A stretch of DNA of 64,000 bases. Source: an uncultured virus (IMG/VR IMGVR_UViG_3300028173_000001) (taxonomy: Duplodnaviria; Heunggongvirae; Uroviricota; Caudoviricetes). The stretch's first letter is position 1. Each line of letters starts with the position of its first letter. The position numbers were made by a program, and so were the translations under genes. Positions 1 to 8,473 of the stretch are shown here, piece after piece. The notes beneath the pieces are model-generated. The model saw only the letters and a list, made by a program, of their open reading frames with translations. It ran no database searches and was not told where the DNA came from. The stretch lies in IMG/VR virus record IMGVR_UViG_3300028173_000001; one strand, 5' to 3'.

Positions 1-233
1 TTGGCTCAGATTATAATAAGTACTGGAACACCTTGAACGCTTTGTCTTTAGCCGGCAAAGGTGTTGATATCGTTACGGTACAGACCAACAGAGGGCCCAT
101 TCGTGAACCCCAGGAGCCCACCCAGACGTCCGGAGGATGTTGTGGGGATAAACCGGTATCGGTAAAATCAGGGTGCTCTGGTGACTGTTCTGGTGGTTGT
201 TCTGGAAGTGAGGAGAAAGCAAATGAAGATTAG
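1..233 (+). CDS. 5'-truncated hypothetical protein with Cys/Gly/Ser-rich C-terminal tail
   Basis: Frame is open from the window start (GSDYNKYWNTLNAL...); ends GGCCGDKP..SGCSGDCSGGCSGS; stop overlaps next gene. Confidence 0.6.
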   Translation, partial: GSDYNKYWNTLNALSLAGKGVDIVTVQTNRGPIREPQEPTQTSGGCCGDKPVSVKSGCSGDCSGGCSGSEEKANED

Positions 234-471
234 ACAAGACGCATGGCGTTACGAAGTGAAATATCCATACAGCCCGACCGAGCCGGTCGTGTTTGTCACA
301 CGAGGATTCGGTGATAACACATTTGGTTTCGAGGTTTCCGGTGAAACAGATCAGGTGGAGATTTCGAACATCGTCTGGATCGATGATGGTAAGGAAGCCG
401 TGGTCCCTGCGCATGTTGTGTCGAAAGCCCTTGAGCTGTTCGATCTTTGCCAGCCGGACACAATTTCATGA
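223..471 (+). CDS. hypothetical protein
   Basis: AGGAG RBS before ATG 223; ATGA coupling to next gene. Confidence 0.65.
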   Translation: MKIRQDAWRYEVKYPYSPTEPVVFVTRGFGDNTFGFEVSGETDQVEISNIVWIDDGKEAVVPAHVVSKALELFDLCQPDTIS

Positions 472-725
472 CAGATTCTGATTGGCGTTTTTATGACGTC
501 GGTACCTTTGTCGTTGCCAATCGGATTCGAAGGTACACGAAGTTCACAGACAAAGAACGAATCATGACTGCACTTTTGCTCAAACTCAGCTTGGCTCCGT
601 TTGGCGACACACAAACCCGTGAGATTTGTGATGGTGTTATTGTCAGGCGAACATTGTTCGAGAGTGATTGGCGTTATCGGTGGCAAATCCGGGACCTGGA
701 AGCCCTGCGGAGAATATTACCATGA
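468..725 (+). CDS. hypothetical protein
   Basis: ATGA overlaps at both ends (468-471, 722-725). Confidence 0.6.
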   Translation: MTDSDWRFYDVGTFVVANRIRRYTKFTDKERIMTALLLKLSLAPFGDTQTREICDGVIVRRTLFESDWRYRWQIRDLEALRRILP

Positions 726-990
726 CAGGCCAACAGTTGTCAGCGGTAACTGAGTTCATGACGAAGCATGGGGCTGAAAATGTTCGTGTAGACGATAGCC
801 TCCCGGAATCGTTACATATGTTGTGCACCCGTATACGTTGGGTGTTTTCCTCCACGAAGATTCTCGGTACCAACTGAAGCACTGGAAAGGTGCTCAACTC
901 CACCGCGACGACCTGCTGAAACCTGCTGTCGTATGCGGCAATGGCATTGGCTTTTTTTACCAGAACGGGCAGCCCACGATATTGGAATAA
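722..990 (+). pseudogene. frameshifted member of the 'TEFM / HRxxxPAV' small-protein family
   Basis: Frame 722-877 gives MTGQQLSAVTEFMTKHGAENV; the -1 frame (open 799-990) gives ..LHRDDLLKPAVVCGNGIGFFYQNG, matching intact paralogs at 1439, 3343 and 7173. Confidence 0.65.
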
Positions 991-995
991 AGTTT

Positions 996-1049
996 CGTGT
1001 AAGAGTCGTCGTTTCATGGTATAATGGATATGTCACCGGGAATGGTGAC
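996..1049 (+). promoter_or_regulatory. early-promoter/hairpin repeat copy 1
   Basis: GTGTAA 997-1002, 17 bp, TATAAT 1020-1025; hairpin GTCACC-GGGAAT-GGTGAC 1032-1049. Confidence 0.85.
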
Positions 1050-1066
1050 TTGACCCAGGAGAGACC

Positions 1067-1438
1067 ATGTCGAAGATTGAAGACCAGCGTGCTGAGTATC
1101 GTAAGCTCCGCGACGAAATCTGTGAGCTGACCGGTCATACCCCTGAGGCTGTGAATAAGCGAATCAAGGGTGACCGTGTGTTCACCTCGAATCGTGGCTG
1201 GCTTGTCGCCGCTGAGTGGACCCTAAAGCAGGCCCGCAAATTCAGCGTGAAACGGAAAAGTGATAACTACTCCGTCAACTTCAAGCTCGTCGGTGAGCCC
1301 CAGCTTTGCAAAGAGTGGATTGAGAATCTCATCGCCGGTTATCACCCCTGCGGATACGGCACCCGGGCCACGAAGGTTGAAACCCTTTCTGACGGTCGTG
1401 AGGTTTGGACCGCATACCGCGCCACCTCGTGTGACTAA
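1067..1438 (+). CDS. hypothetical early protein
   Basis: AGGAG RBS directly after repeat copy 1; 123 aa. Confidence 0.75.
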   Translation: MSKIEDQRAEYRKLRDEICELTGHTPEAVNKRIKGDRVFTSNRGWLVAAEWTLKQARKFSVKRKSDNYSVNFKLVGEPQLCKEWIENLIAGYHPCGYGTRATKVETLSDGREVWTAYRATSCD

Positions 1439-1723
1439 ATGAACCCATACCAAACGAAAATAATAACTGAATTCATGAACTGCCACGGTGCTGAGTGCGT
1501 CGAATTGTATGTTACACCTGCAGGAACGGCAAACGCGTGTATCACGGGAAAGTGTTCAGTCATGATTTCTGCACCTGGAAGAATCACATACCACATATTC
1601 GATCGCGACCGAGGCTGGGTTAAGCACAGGTCTGATTCGCTGCCGGCAGTTATCCATCCAAATGGCCAGACTGAACGCTGGGAATATGGAATTAAACGGC
1701 GTGATCGGATAACATACGTGTAA
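1439..1723 (+). CDS. small protein with TEFM N-terminus and HRSDSLPAVIHPNGQTERW (MORN-like) motif
   Basis: Paralog motifs; stop codon is the TAA of the next repeat's GTGTAA. Confidence 0.7.
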   Translation: MNPYQTKIITEFMNCHGAECVELYVTPAGTANACITGKCSVMISAPGRITYHIFDRDRGWVKHRSDSLPAVIHPNGQTERWEYGIKRRDRITYV

Positions 1724-1772
1724 GAGTGCGAAAAGTGTGGTATAATATTTATGTAATCCGGACCGATGGTCC
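1717..1772 (+). promoter_or_regulatory. early-promoter/hairpin repeat copy 2
   Basis: GTGTAA 1718-1723, 17 bp, TATAAT 1741-1746; hairpin GGACC-GAT-GGTCC. Confidence 0.8.
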
Positions 1773-1792
1773 CAGAACGCCAGGAGCGCATC

Positions 1793-2047
1793 ATGAACGC
1801 ACGTACTGCAGAAAAACGATTTGTCAACTACAAAAGCACGTGTGACCACTGCAACAACCACCTTTCCGGTGGGAGCCGGGATGCACCGAAAGTGCGTGGC
1901 TATCTGACTGAGCTGGACGGGGTTCCGGTCTTGTTCACAGGTGAGTGCTGCGACTTTGACGGTGTCCATGAGGCATTCATGACGCGACTGGTTGAAGACA
2001 ACCTGCTCCAGCGCCAGGTGAGCTCTCGCCAGTCTCGGGCGTGGTAG
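1793..2047 (+). CDS. hypothetical protein, possible Zn-binding (CDHC...CC)
   Basis: AGGAG RBS before ATG 1793. Confidence 0.65.
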   Translation: MNARTAEKRFVNYKSTCDHCNNHLSGGSRDAPKVRGYLTELDGVPVLFTGECCDFDGVHEAFMTRLVEDNLLQRQVSSRQSRAW

Positions 2048-2054
2048 AGAGATA

Positions 2055-2396
2055 ATGCACCTACGATATACAGAGCTGATCACGAAGCTAATGGCGTGCC
2101 CTGACGTTGCGATTGATAAGATCGTTCCGGTACAGGGCTCGCCTGGTAGCACTGACGAATCGTATGTCGTGAACATCACTCATTTCGGAATCAGGACATA
2201 TAGCGTGTATCTTGCTCTTTCGGATGACCACGTCGTCCCATATTTTATGGAAGGGCACGTTGATGACACATATGGCGTGCTCTTTTCCGGCGTGAACTAT
2301 TGGGCGCGAATCCATGGGTACCCGTCGGATATTGGGCACGAAATGAACATGCTGGAAATGAAAATCGAAGAAAAACTTGTTACAATGACATTATGA
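2055..2396 (+). CDS. hypothetical protein
   Basis: 113 aa ORF in operon context; N-terminus (TELITKLM) loosely resembles the TEFM family. Confidence 0.6.
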   Translation: MHLRYTELITKLMACPDVAIDKIVPVQGSPGSTDESYVVNITHFGIRTYSVYLALSDDHVVPYFMEGHVDDTYGVLFSGVNYWARIHGYPSDIGHEMNMLEMKIEEKLVTMTL

Positions 2397-2593
2397 AAAA
2401 GAAACAAAAGCAAGTCGAAGTAAACGAAATCAGCGTCAACCTGAAAGGTGTTGGAAAACCGACATTGATTCCGTTGTCTCTCGAAAACATAATGTCGTTG
2501 GTCGGGAAGTATCGAACGATTGCAGTTAGTTGCCCAATCAATCCGGATGAACCATATCTCTACGTTTGGGCAGACCCAAAAAGAGGGACCTAA
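2393..2593 (+). CDS. hypothetical protein
   Basis: ATGA overlap; ends 2 bp before repeat copy 3. Confidence 0.55.
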   Translation: MKKKQKQVEVNEISVNLKGVGKPTLIPLSLENIMSLVGKYRTIAVSCPINPDEPYLYVWADPKRGT

Positions 2594-2594
2594 A

Positions 2595-2648
2595 CGTGTA
2601 AGAGTCGTCATTTCGTGGTATAATGTATATGTTGCCGGGGAGGCCGGC
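2595..2648 (+). promoter_or_regulatory. early-promoter/hairpin repeat copy 3
   Basis: GTGTAA 2596-2601, 17 bp, TATAAT 2619-2624; hairpin GCCGG-GGAGG-CCGGC. Confidence 0.85.
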
Positions 2649-2668
2649 GCCATAACAAAGAGGTTCTC

Positions 2669-3100
2669 ATGAATAAGTTTGATTGCTATGTTGGTCTGGA
2701 AGTTTACTTTGGCCGCCCAGGCGGTGAGCAGACTCGTGCACGTGTCACCAAGGTGAATCGCGTGAAGGTGAAAGTCGAGCAGCTTGAGCCACGTCGCCAA
2801 GGGCGGCGCCCGGTGGGCACCATCTGGACTGTGCCTCCTAGCTTGCTAAGCGTGACCAATGAAGGTCCTGCTCCATCTCCGGTCGACTCGCCGAAGCCAC
2901 GTCGAGCTGGTGACAAAATCGTGTTCCCTGAGAGTTTCTACCGAGGTGACAAGGTCACTTTCGTCTCGTCTCGGACTGGAATGCGGGTGACCGGTTGGGT
3001 CAAACGTGTGAATCGCAAAACCGTTTCGGTTGAGCCTGAGGGTTACGTCTACGGTTCGACGTATTACCGCGTTCCCCCACACATGCTCTCCAAGGTCTAA
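2669..3100 (+). CDS. tandem SH3/Tudor-like beta-barrel protein
   Basis: Internal duplication: VTKVNRVKVKVE..WTVPPSLL vs VKRVNRKTVSVE..YRVPPHML; GAGG RBS. Confidence 0.7.
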   Translation: MNKFDCYVGLEVYFGRPGGEQTRARVTKVNRVKVKVEQLEPRRQGRRPVGTIWTVPPSLLSVTNEGPAPSPVDSPKPRRAGDKIVFPESFYRGDKVTFVSSRTGMRVTGWVKRVNRKTVSVEPEGYVYGSTYYRVPPHMLSKV

Positions 3101-3346
3101 GTGGACCCGAGAGTGCTAAAGCTCATCAACGATGTCATGCATGATGTCGTTGTTTCGAGTATTGAGTTCGGGTTTGATGATTGTGTGCTTTTGTTTCACT
3201 CGGCAGGACACGTTCATGTCGATGGCCAAGATTACGCCACATACTGGATGGATCATGATCGAGAACTCCACCGGGATAATCACTTGCCGGCTGTAGTTTA
3301 TGCCGATGGGAGCGGAGAGTGGTGGGTTCACGGGGAGCCTGATTGA
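3101..3346 (+). CDS. small protein with HRDNHLPAVVYADGSGEWWVHG (MORN-like) motif
   Basis: Motif shared with 1439, 3343 and 7173. Confidence 0.7.
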   Translation: MDPRVLKLINDVMHDVVVSSIEFGFDDCVLLFHSAGHVHVDGQDYATYWMDHDRELHRDNHLPAVVYADGSGEWWVHGEPD

Positions 3347-3648
3347 TGACGCCAAAACAAGCGTTGGCTGTTACGAAGTTGCTCGCCTCAGGTCATACCT
3401 GCGAATTTCAGGAGGCGCATAAAAAATTCATCGTATTCGTTCCGGCTGCAAATCGTCCGATATCAGTTTCACTTTCGAGTGGTGAAGATGTTATCATCTC
3501 ACCGGACGGCAAACTTATTTACATCAATGCCGAGGGGAAGTATCATCGTGTTGGAAAACCGGCCGTGGTTTACCCAAACGGAGACGTCGAGTTCTGGGAA
3601 GATGACATGTTCGTCCGTGGGGTCGCCAGCGGAGAAATATATTTCTAA
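3343..3648 (+). CDS. small protein with HRVGKPAVVYPNGDVEFW (MORN-like) motif
   Basis: Paralog motifs; ends just before repeat copy 4. Confidence 0.7.
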   Translation: MMTPKQALAVTKLLASGHTCEFQEAHKKFIVFVPAANRPISVSLSSGEDVIISPDGKLIYINAEGKYHRVGKPAVVYPNGDVEFWEDDMFVRGVASGEIYF

Positions 3649-3650
3649 AA

Positions 3651-3719
3651 CGTGTAAGATGGCTCAAATCGTGGTATAATGTATATGTTCCCGGGGAAGG
3701 GGACCTGAAACTACGGAGC
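3651..3719 (+). promoter_or_regulatory. early-promoter/hairpin repeat copy 4 with leader and RBS
   Basis: GTGTAA 3652-3657, TATAAT 3675-3680; hairpin GTTCCC-GGGGAA-GGGGAC; leader GAAACTACGGAGC shared with copy 9. Confidence 0.85.
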
Positions 3720-3724
3720 CCTAA

Positions 3725-4153
3725 ATGCTGCACACCAAAGCCATGACGAAAGCCACCAAACGCCTGGGGAAGGCTCCCATGATGTCCCGCGAAGGTCGGA
3801 AAGCCTGGGGTGTTCACGGAGAGTACACATACTCCTGGTATGTTCAGGACGGTGAGGCTATGAGCCTTCACGTTCGTCGTTCGGCTGATATGCCTGATTC
3901 GATGACTGACTACTTTCCTGGTTTCTACCCGGATAACATCACCCAGCTCCTCAACTACATATGCCCTCCCCCTCCGAAATACAAGGTCGGCTCCCTGGTC
4001 GAAGGTCGTGCTAAACAGCCGAAGCGGTCAGTTCACCTTGCCGGAAAGCAGGGGTTGGTACTCTCCCACATGACATACGGTGGCTACATGATTCTCTGGG
4101 CTGACAAGACCAAGTCAGACGCCCGGGAAAAAAGCCTGCAATTGATTGCCTAG
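3725..4153 (+). CDS. hypothetical protein with C-terminal SH3/KOW-like region
   Basis: GGAG RBS; YKVGSLV...YMILW motif. Confidence 0.7.
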   Translation: MLHTKAMTKATKRLGKAPMMSREGRKAWGVHGEYTYSWYVQDGEAMSLHVRRSADMPDSMTDYFPGFYPDNITQLLNYICPPPPKYKVGSLVEGRAKQPKRSVHLAGKQGLVLSHMTYGGYMILWADKTKSDAREKSLQLIA

Positions 4154-4165
4154 CTCGTTCAGTTT

Positions 4166-4221
4166 CGTGTAAAACGTCCCCCAACGTGGTATAATTACTA
4201 TGTTGCCGGGGATGGTTCCCC
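4166..4221 (+). promoter_or_regulatory. early-promoter/hairpin repeat copy 5
   Basis: GTGTAA 4167-4172, TATAAT 4190-4195; GTTGCCGGGGATGGTTCCCC. Confidence 0.85.
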
Positions 4222-4234
4222 TCTGGAGAAAAAC

Positions 4235-4981
4235 ATGCGAACGAATCAGTTTGACTACATGTATCGCCGCCCCGTCCGGAAGATTGTGCCCTGGACTCGA
4301 ACCACTTACAATGGGAGTCGGTTTCCTGGTGAGCGCAATGATTGTGCAGTTCGCGCGGCCATGACGGTCTCCGGAAAAACGTACAAAGAGGCACATGCTT
4401 GGGCTGAGCGACTCGGTCGCCGACCTCGCCGTGGGACACCAACTCATCGAATCTACTCGAGCATGATGACCGGCCGCCTGCTGGGCGTCAAAATCTCGAA
4501 GGTTCCCCACATTCATCCAAGCAAAAAACAGACGATTGGTGTGTTTCTTCGTGAGAACCCAACCGGCACGTTTTTCTGCCAGATGCGAGCCCATGTGTTC
4601 GCGGTCATTGATGGAAAATGCATCGACACGTGGGGTGTTCCCCTGGGCTCACGGATTGTGAATGCCTGGGTCGTTGGAACATACAAGAAGAAAGAAAAAC
4701 CTGCCAAGAAGAAGACTGCCAAAAAGGTTGTCAAGCGGGTTGGCGTCAAAAAGAAGGCCACGAAGGCAATGGCTCGACGAACTCGGGTCAAAAACAAGCT
4801 TGTCAAAAAGCTTACGCGAGATGGCATTCGTTTCGTACAACAGACACCGACACAGCTCATGCGCCTAATCGACGGCGATGTGAAAGTGTATGGCGACATT
4901 ATGTGGCTCTGCGCGAATGACAAAAGCTTCATTCGCTGTGATGTGGCCGGCACAAAACGAAAGCATTTCATCATCAAGTAG
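4235..4981 (+). CDS. papain-like (C39-type) fold protein with Lys-rich H1-like linker
   Basis: NDCAVRA ... HVFAVIDGKCIDTW (Cys-His-Asp spacing); KKKEKPAKKKTAKKVVK tract. Confidence 0.55.
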   Translation: MRTNQFDYMYRRPVRKIVPWTRTTYNGSRFPGERNDCAVRAAMTVSGKTYKEAHAWAERLGRRPRRGTPTHRIYSSMMTGRLLGVKISKVPHIHPSKKQTIGVFLRENPTGTFFCQMRAHVFAVIDGKCIDTWGVPLGSRIVNAWVVGTYKKKEKPAKKKTAKKVVKRVGVKKKATKAMARRTRVKNKLVKKLTRDGIRFVQQTPTQLMRLIDGDVKVYGDIMWLCANDKSFIRCDVAGTKRKHFIIK

Positions 4982-4989
4982 GAAACACC

Positions 4990-5679
4990 ATGCGAATGAG
5001 TCTTGCAATCAATAAATCGGAACGAGGTGCTGTCCTTGCTGCTGTGTATCAGCGTCGACAAGAGAAGTTCGAGGCGATCATGACCGGCCCCGGGCCGTAC
5101 AGGGACTACAAGGAGGCCGCCGCCGTGTTCCTGGATATGGATAAAAGCGATCCAGGCTGGCTTGAAGCTGGTCGTGAAGTCGCCAAACTCCAGGCTGTTG
5201 CACATGCGATTGCTGAAGCCCATGATCCCGCTAAAATCAAGGCGGCGTACAAGAAGCATCGTAAGAGGTACCTCGGCAATCGTAAAAGAAACAGGAAAAA
5301 AGCTGAGCGACGAACTGAGTGGCTCTGCGATTATGACACGATTAGTCGAATCACTGATGGTGCTGCAGAACGTGTGAAGCTATTGCAAACAAATCGTCGA
5401 ATCGACAAAGAGTTTGGCACCGACATGTCCACGCTTTGGAACGCCCAGAACGTCGATCCCAAGGCAACCCGAAAATTCATCGCGACGAAAGAAGAACGAA
5501 TCGTCCCAAAAGATGAGTTCGGCGCCTGGATGTTCTCAGGGGGACTCGCCAAGACCAAGAAAGGCGACGTCGTTATGATTATCGACTGCCAGCCTGGAAA
5601 GCGTAGGTGTGAAATCATGATTGAGGGTGCCAAGAAGGTGGTCTCGAAAAAGACATTGCGCCCTGTCGACGAGGAGTGA
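4990..5679 (+). CDS. hypothetical protein with C-terminal KOW/SH3-like domain
   Basis: AGGA RBS; KKGDVVMIID...CEIMIEG. Confidence 0.7.
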   Translation: MRMSLAINKSERGAVLAAVYQRRQEKFEAIMTGPGPYRDYKEAAAVFLDMDKSDPGWLEAGREVAKLQAVAHAIAEAHDPAKIKAAYKKHRKRYLGNRKRNRKKAERRTEWLCDYDTISRITDGAAERVKLLQTNRRIDKEFGTDMSTLWNAQNVDPKATRKFIATKEERIVPKDEFGAWMFSGGLAKTKKGDVVMIIDCQPGKRRCEIMIEGAKKVVSKKTLRPVDEE

Positions 5680-5897
5680 TGGAAAAGCTGCCACCAATCT
5701 TCACAGGGGACATCGTCAAGGTCGTCAGGCGGAGATCTGTGCCGGAACTTTATGCGCTCATCCTGAAAGGCCCTTACAAAGGTCCTTCTGGATCTGTTTA
5801 TTTCGACATACTTGTCGAAGGCCGGAAACTGATGGCAAAACCTGCCCAACTAGAAAAGCTTCCCGATTCGTGTAAGATGTCTCATCTCGTGGTATAA
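5676..5897 (+). CDS. small SH3/KOW-like protein
   Basis: GAGGAG RBS; TGDIVKV; reads through repeat copy 6 and stops in TATAAT. Confidence 0.6.
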   Translation: MMEKLPPIFTGDIVKVVRRRSVPELYALILKGPYKGPSGSVYFDILVEGRKLMAKPAQLEKLPDSCKMSHLVV

Positions 5898-5922
5898 TGT
5901 ATATGTTGCCGGGGATACCGGC
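5869..5922 (+). promoter_or_regulatory. early-promoter/hairpin repeat copy 6
   Basis: GTGTAA 5870-5875, TATAAT 5893-5898; hairpin GCCGG-GGATA-CCGGC. Confidence 0.85.
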
Positions 5923-5942
5923 CCTACGAATCAGGAGTTACC

Positions 5943-6329
5943 ATGCGAAAGGGAAATCTAGTCCAACTCAACGTCGCGACGTGCTTTTCAGAGCGGAACG
6001 GAGGCGAGTTAACCTGGTCTTTGGGCACCATGGATGATGATGACAACGGCTTGGTCATCGCTCGGCGACCTACCACTGCCAAAGAGCAGAATGAATGGCG
6101 GAACTCGCCCGCTTCACGTGGCATGACCGATGCCGGCGAGACCAAACTCCCGCCCCAGTCGACGATGGTGAAGCTCCGTCGCGACATGTGCTACATGGTT
6201 CTCCGAGCTCGCTGCCAGGTTCGACTTGGTTGGGGCAACCCGATTGGCGGGATGGTCAAGGTGCTTGACACGGAGACCGGCGAGCAGGTTTACCTCAAGC
6301 GAGAACTTGTCGAGGTCGTTTCTAAATAG
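5943..6329 (+). CDS. hypothetical early protein
   Basis: AGGAG RBS; single-gene module between repeats 6 and 7. Confidence 0.75.
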   Translation: MRKGNLVQLNVATCFSERNGGELTWSLGTMDDDDNGLVIARRPTTAKEQNEWRNSPASRGMTDAGETKLPPQSTMVKLRRDMCYMVLRARCQVRLGWGNPIGGMVKVLDTETGEQVYLKRELVEVVSK

Positions 6330-6336
6330 CCGACTA

Positions 6337-6390
6337 CGTGTAAAACTCCGTAAGTCGTGGTATAATGGATATGTTGCCGGGGATACCGGC
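6337..6390 (+). promoter_or_regulatory. early-promoter/hairpin repeat copy 7
   Basis: GTGTAA 6338-6343, TATAAT 6361-6366; hairpin GCCGG-GGATA-CCGGC identical to copy 6. Confidence 0.85.
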
Positions 6391-6406
6391 ATGCCCAGGA
6401 GACACC

Positions 6407-6643
6407 ATGGTTCGCCTTTCAGATAAAGAAAAGAAAGAAATCAAAGATGTCGTTGACCCAGTCATGACCGAATGGGCCATGATTGAGGATAAGTCCTTCC
6501 TTCCCGATCTGCTGAGCACCCTGACTGAGTGTGTTTGCCAGTGGTCGGAGCACACTGACCGCGATTGGTGGTACAAGGAAGAGCGCGATTTCATCGAAGA
6601 GACCATCCTGGCTCGCGAAGAGTTCCAGGGTGAGTACGCATAA
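6407..6643 (+). CDS. acidic hypothetical protein
   Basis: AGGAG RBS before ATG 6407; D/E-rich. Confidence 0.7.
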   Translation: MVRLSDKEKKEIKDVVDPVMTEWAMIEDKSFLPDLLSTLTECVCQWSEHTDRDWWYKEERDFIEETILAREEFQGEYA

Positions 6644-7176
6644 TGACGAAAATCAAATACGATTCAAAAGTCCTGTACGATGAAAACAACAAGAAGTCGT
6701 ACCATGGCACAACGATTCGCACAAAAAATATCAAGTTCGGGAAGGATAAACTCCTGACCCATGAGGTCTCGTTTTATTCGATGTATGGGAATGATGTCCA
6801 CGAGGATGACCGTGTTGTCGCCCGGTGTACTTCTTACTCGAAGGTCGTCGCCGAGTTCCCATCGCTTTGGGCGAGGTCTGAGCCTGGCGGCCGTTTTCTT
6901 GTGTTTGAAGAAGGCACCAAGTGGTCCGGACGGATTATAGAGTTTGACGGGCACATCGTCATTTACTTGTTTTTCGGGGCCGGGGAATACCTGCTCTTTC
7001 AGAAACATGTCGCGCGCGAAACGTTTTTCGCTGATACCTCGGTAATGGCCGGCGAGTGGCTCGAAACTTTCAGGCAAGAAATCATTGAAAATGATGTGCC
7101 AGGCATTTGCCAGGGCGGCAATTTCTCTCGCGAATACCAGCGGTTCACGATCGCAGAGTGGGAGAAAACGAAATGA
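6643..7176 (+). CDS. hypothetical protein
   Basis: TAATG coupling; 177 aa. Confidence 0.7.
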   Translation: MTKIKYDSKVLYDENNKKSYHGTTIRTKNIKFGKDKLLTHEVSFYSMYGNDVHEDDRVVARCTSYSKVVAEFPSLWARSEPGGRFLVFEEGTKWSGRIIEFDGHIVIYLFFGAGEYLLFQKHVARETFFADTSVMAGEWLETFRQEIIENDVPGICQGGNFSREYQRFTIAEWEKTK

Positions 7177-7538
7177 CACCAATTCAGGCAAAAATCGTGA
7201 CTGAGTTTATGATCGAGTTCGGCCCGGAGAACATCACGATCATAGATGGCACCATCGATACAGGAATTAATGGGGTGTCGGTCCTAGTTTCAAACGGCAT
7301 CAATCGTGTTTGGATTGCCGCAGACGGCCGATTTGAGTATTCTGTAAACCCAAACCAAGAATTTCCTGATGAAGATGTTCCATGGTCATGTCACAGAGGT
7401 TTGCCCAACCCGGCTGTACGACACCGTAACGGTGACGAATATTGGATTCACGGAAAACAAACAAACGTTGACTGTGGGTTATTCTTGGAATGGGACGAAA
7501 AAACGAAGACATACCGAAATCTTTATCACGACGTGTAA
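7173..7538 (+). CDS. TEFM / HRGLPNPAV family small protein
   Basis: MTPIQAKIVTEFM...CHRGLPNPAVRHRNGDEYWIHG; stop inside GTGTAA of copy 8. Confidence 0.7.
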   Translation: MTPIQAKIVTEFMIEFGPENITIIDGTIDTGINGVSVLVSNGINRVWIAADGRFEYSVNPNQEFPDEDVPWSCHRGLPNPAVRHRNGDEYWIHGKQTNVDCGLFLEWDEKTKTYRNLYHDV

Positions 7539-7585
7539 GATACCTATCTTTGTGGTATAATGTATATATTGCCGGGGATGCCGGT
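7532..7585 (+). promoter_or_regulatory. early-promoter/hairpin repeat copy 8
   Basis: GTGTAA 7533-7538, TATAAT 7556-7561; GCCGG-GGATG-CCGGT. Confidence 0.85.
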
Positions 7586-7598
7586 CGAGGAGCTGACC

Positions 7599-7841
7599 AT
7601 GAAGATTTACGGAAGCGAAACTCTGCCTGCGAATATCAGGTGGCCCATCCTCGAGTACCCTGATTGCGGCGATATCTTTGCCTACGGGCGGAACTCCAGC
7701 TCTGGCAATCTTCGAGGTAAGGGTGGTGACATCCGCTCCTCTCACAAATCCTCAGCTAAAAAGGCACGCAAACGTCGTGTGCTCAAAAAGGCTGCCCGTC
7801 GAGCCGGTAAGGCCGAATGCAAGGACATGTCCCAATGGTAG
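7599..7841 (+). CDS. small basic protein
   Basis: GAGGAG RBS; KSSAKKARKRRVLKKAARRAGK. Confidence 0.7.
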   Translation: MKIYGSETLPANIRWPILEYPDCGDIFAYGRNSSSGNLRGKGGDIRSSHKSSAKKARKRRVLKKAARRAGKAECKDMSQW

Positions 7842-8068
7842 ATTTTCAAACTGAAATGAAAACGTGCGATAGGATTTCCAATTATTTTATGGTTGGGTTT
7901 ATACTTTCGGCAATGGTAACTGTAACTTGCTTTATCCCAGTCACGGAATCAAGTTTTATGGAAACAAGTTTCTGTTTTCTTACGACAGGACTTCTGGCTT
8001 TCTTCGCAGTGCATTATGCGGTGCAGGTTGATTACTGGACCCATACCTTGAAGGTGCAAAATGACTGA
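7835..8068 (+). CDS. putative membrane protein (2 TM)
   Basis: Two hydrophobic stretches. Confidence 0.55.
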   Translation: MVDFQTEMKTCDRISNYFMVGFILSAMVTVTCFIPVTESSFMETSFCFLTTGLLAFFAVHYAVQVDYWTHTLKVQND

Positions 8069-8411
8069 GCTTATCGATTACGTTTTCGACGCATACCCAT
8101 GCAAACATCGTTCAACCGGAGTACCCCTGGGGGATCCGGATCTTGTCATTGCAATCAGCACATCGATCAATAACCCTTCCACGGCTTGGAAGTTGGCCCG
8201 ACGGCATGTTCGAAAAGCTGATCCTGATGAATCATGGGCGCTATACATGCGTGATGAAGAGAACCCAAAGCGGGTTTCTTTGCCGGTTCCTGGTGGAACT
8301 GTTTCCTGGGCACGCCCATGGGATCGCCTCCGGGATGGACGCATTCATTCACCAGAGTGGAATCGATATTTGGTTGATGATAATGAAAAGGATGTGTTCG
8401 AACTCGTGTAA
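8061..8411 (+). CDS. hypothetical protein
   Basis: 116 aa; stop inside GTGTAA of copy 9. Confidence 0.65.
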   Translation: MTELIDYVFDAYPCKHRSTGVPLGDPDLVIAISTSINNPSTAWKLARRHVRKADPDESWALYMRDEENPKRVSLPVPGGTVSWARPWDRLRDGRIHSPEWNRYLVDDNEKDVFELV

Positions 8412-8473
8412 GACGGTGAAAAACGTGGTATAATATATATGTCCCCGGGGAAGGGGACCAGAAACTACGGAGC
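8405..8473 (+). promoter_or_regulatory. early-promoter/hairpin repeat copy 9 with leader and RBS
   Basis: GTGTAA 8406-8411, TATAAT 8429-8434; GTCCCC-GGGGAA-GGGGAC; leader shared with copy 4. Confidence 0.85.

Noticed and set aside
12..17. TATAAT at the window start as another repeat copy
   Set aside because: It lacks the preceding GTGG and the downstream GTTGCCGGG, and lies in an open reading frame
4513..5259. Long antisense ORFs (e.g. 1556-2179, 4513-5259, 21822-22739, 58507-59343)
   Set aside because: They shadow well-supported + strand genes, lack RBSs and give no recognisable motifs
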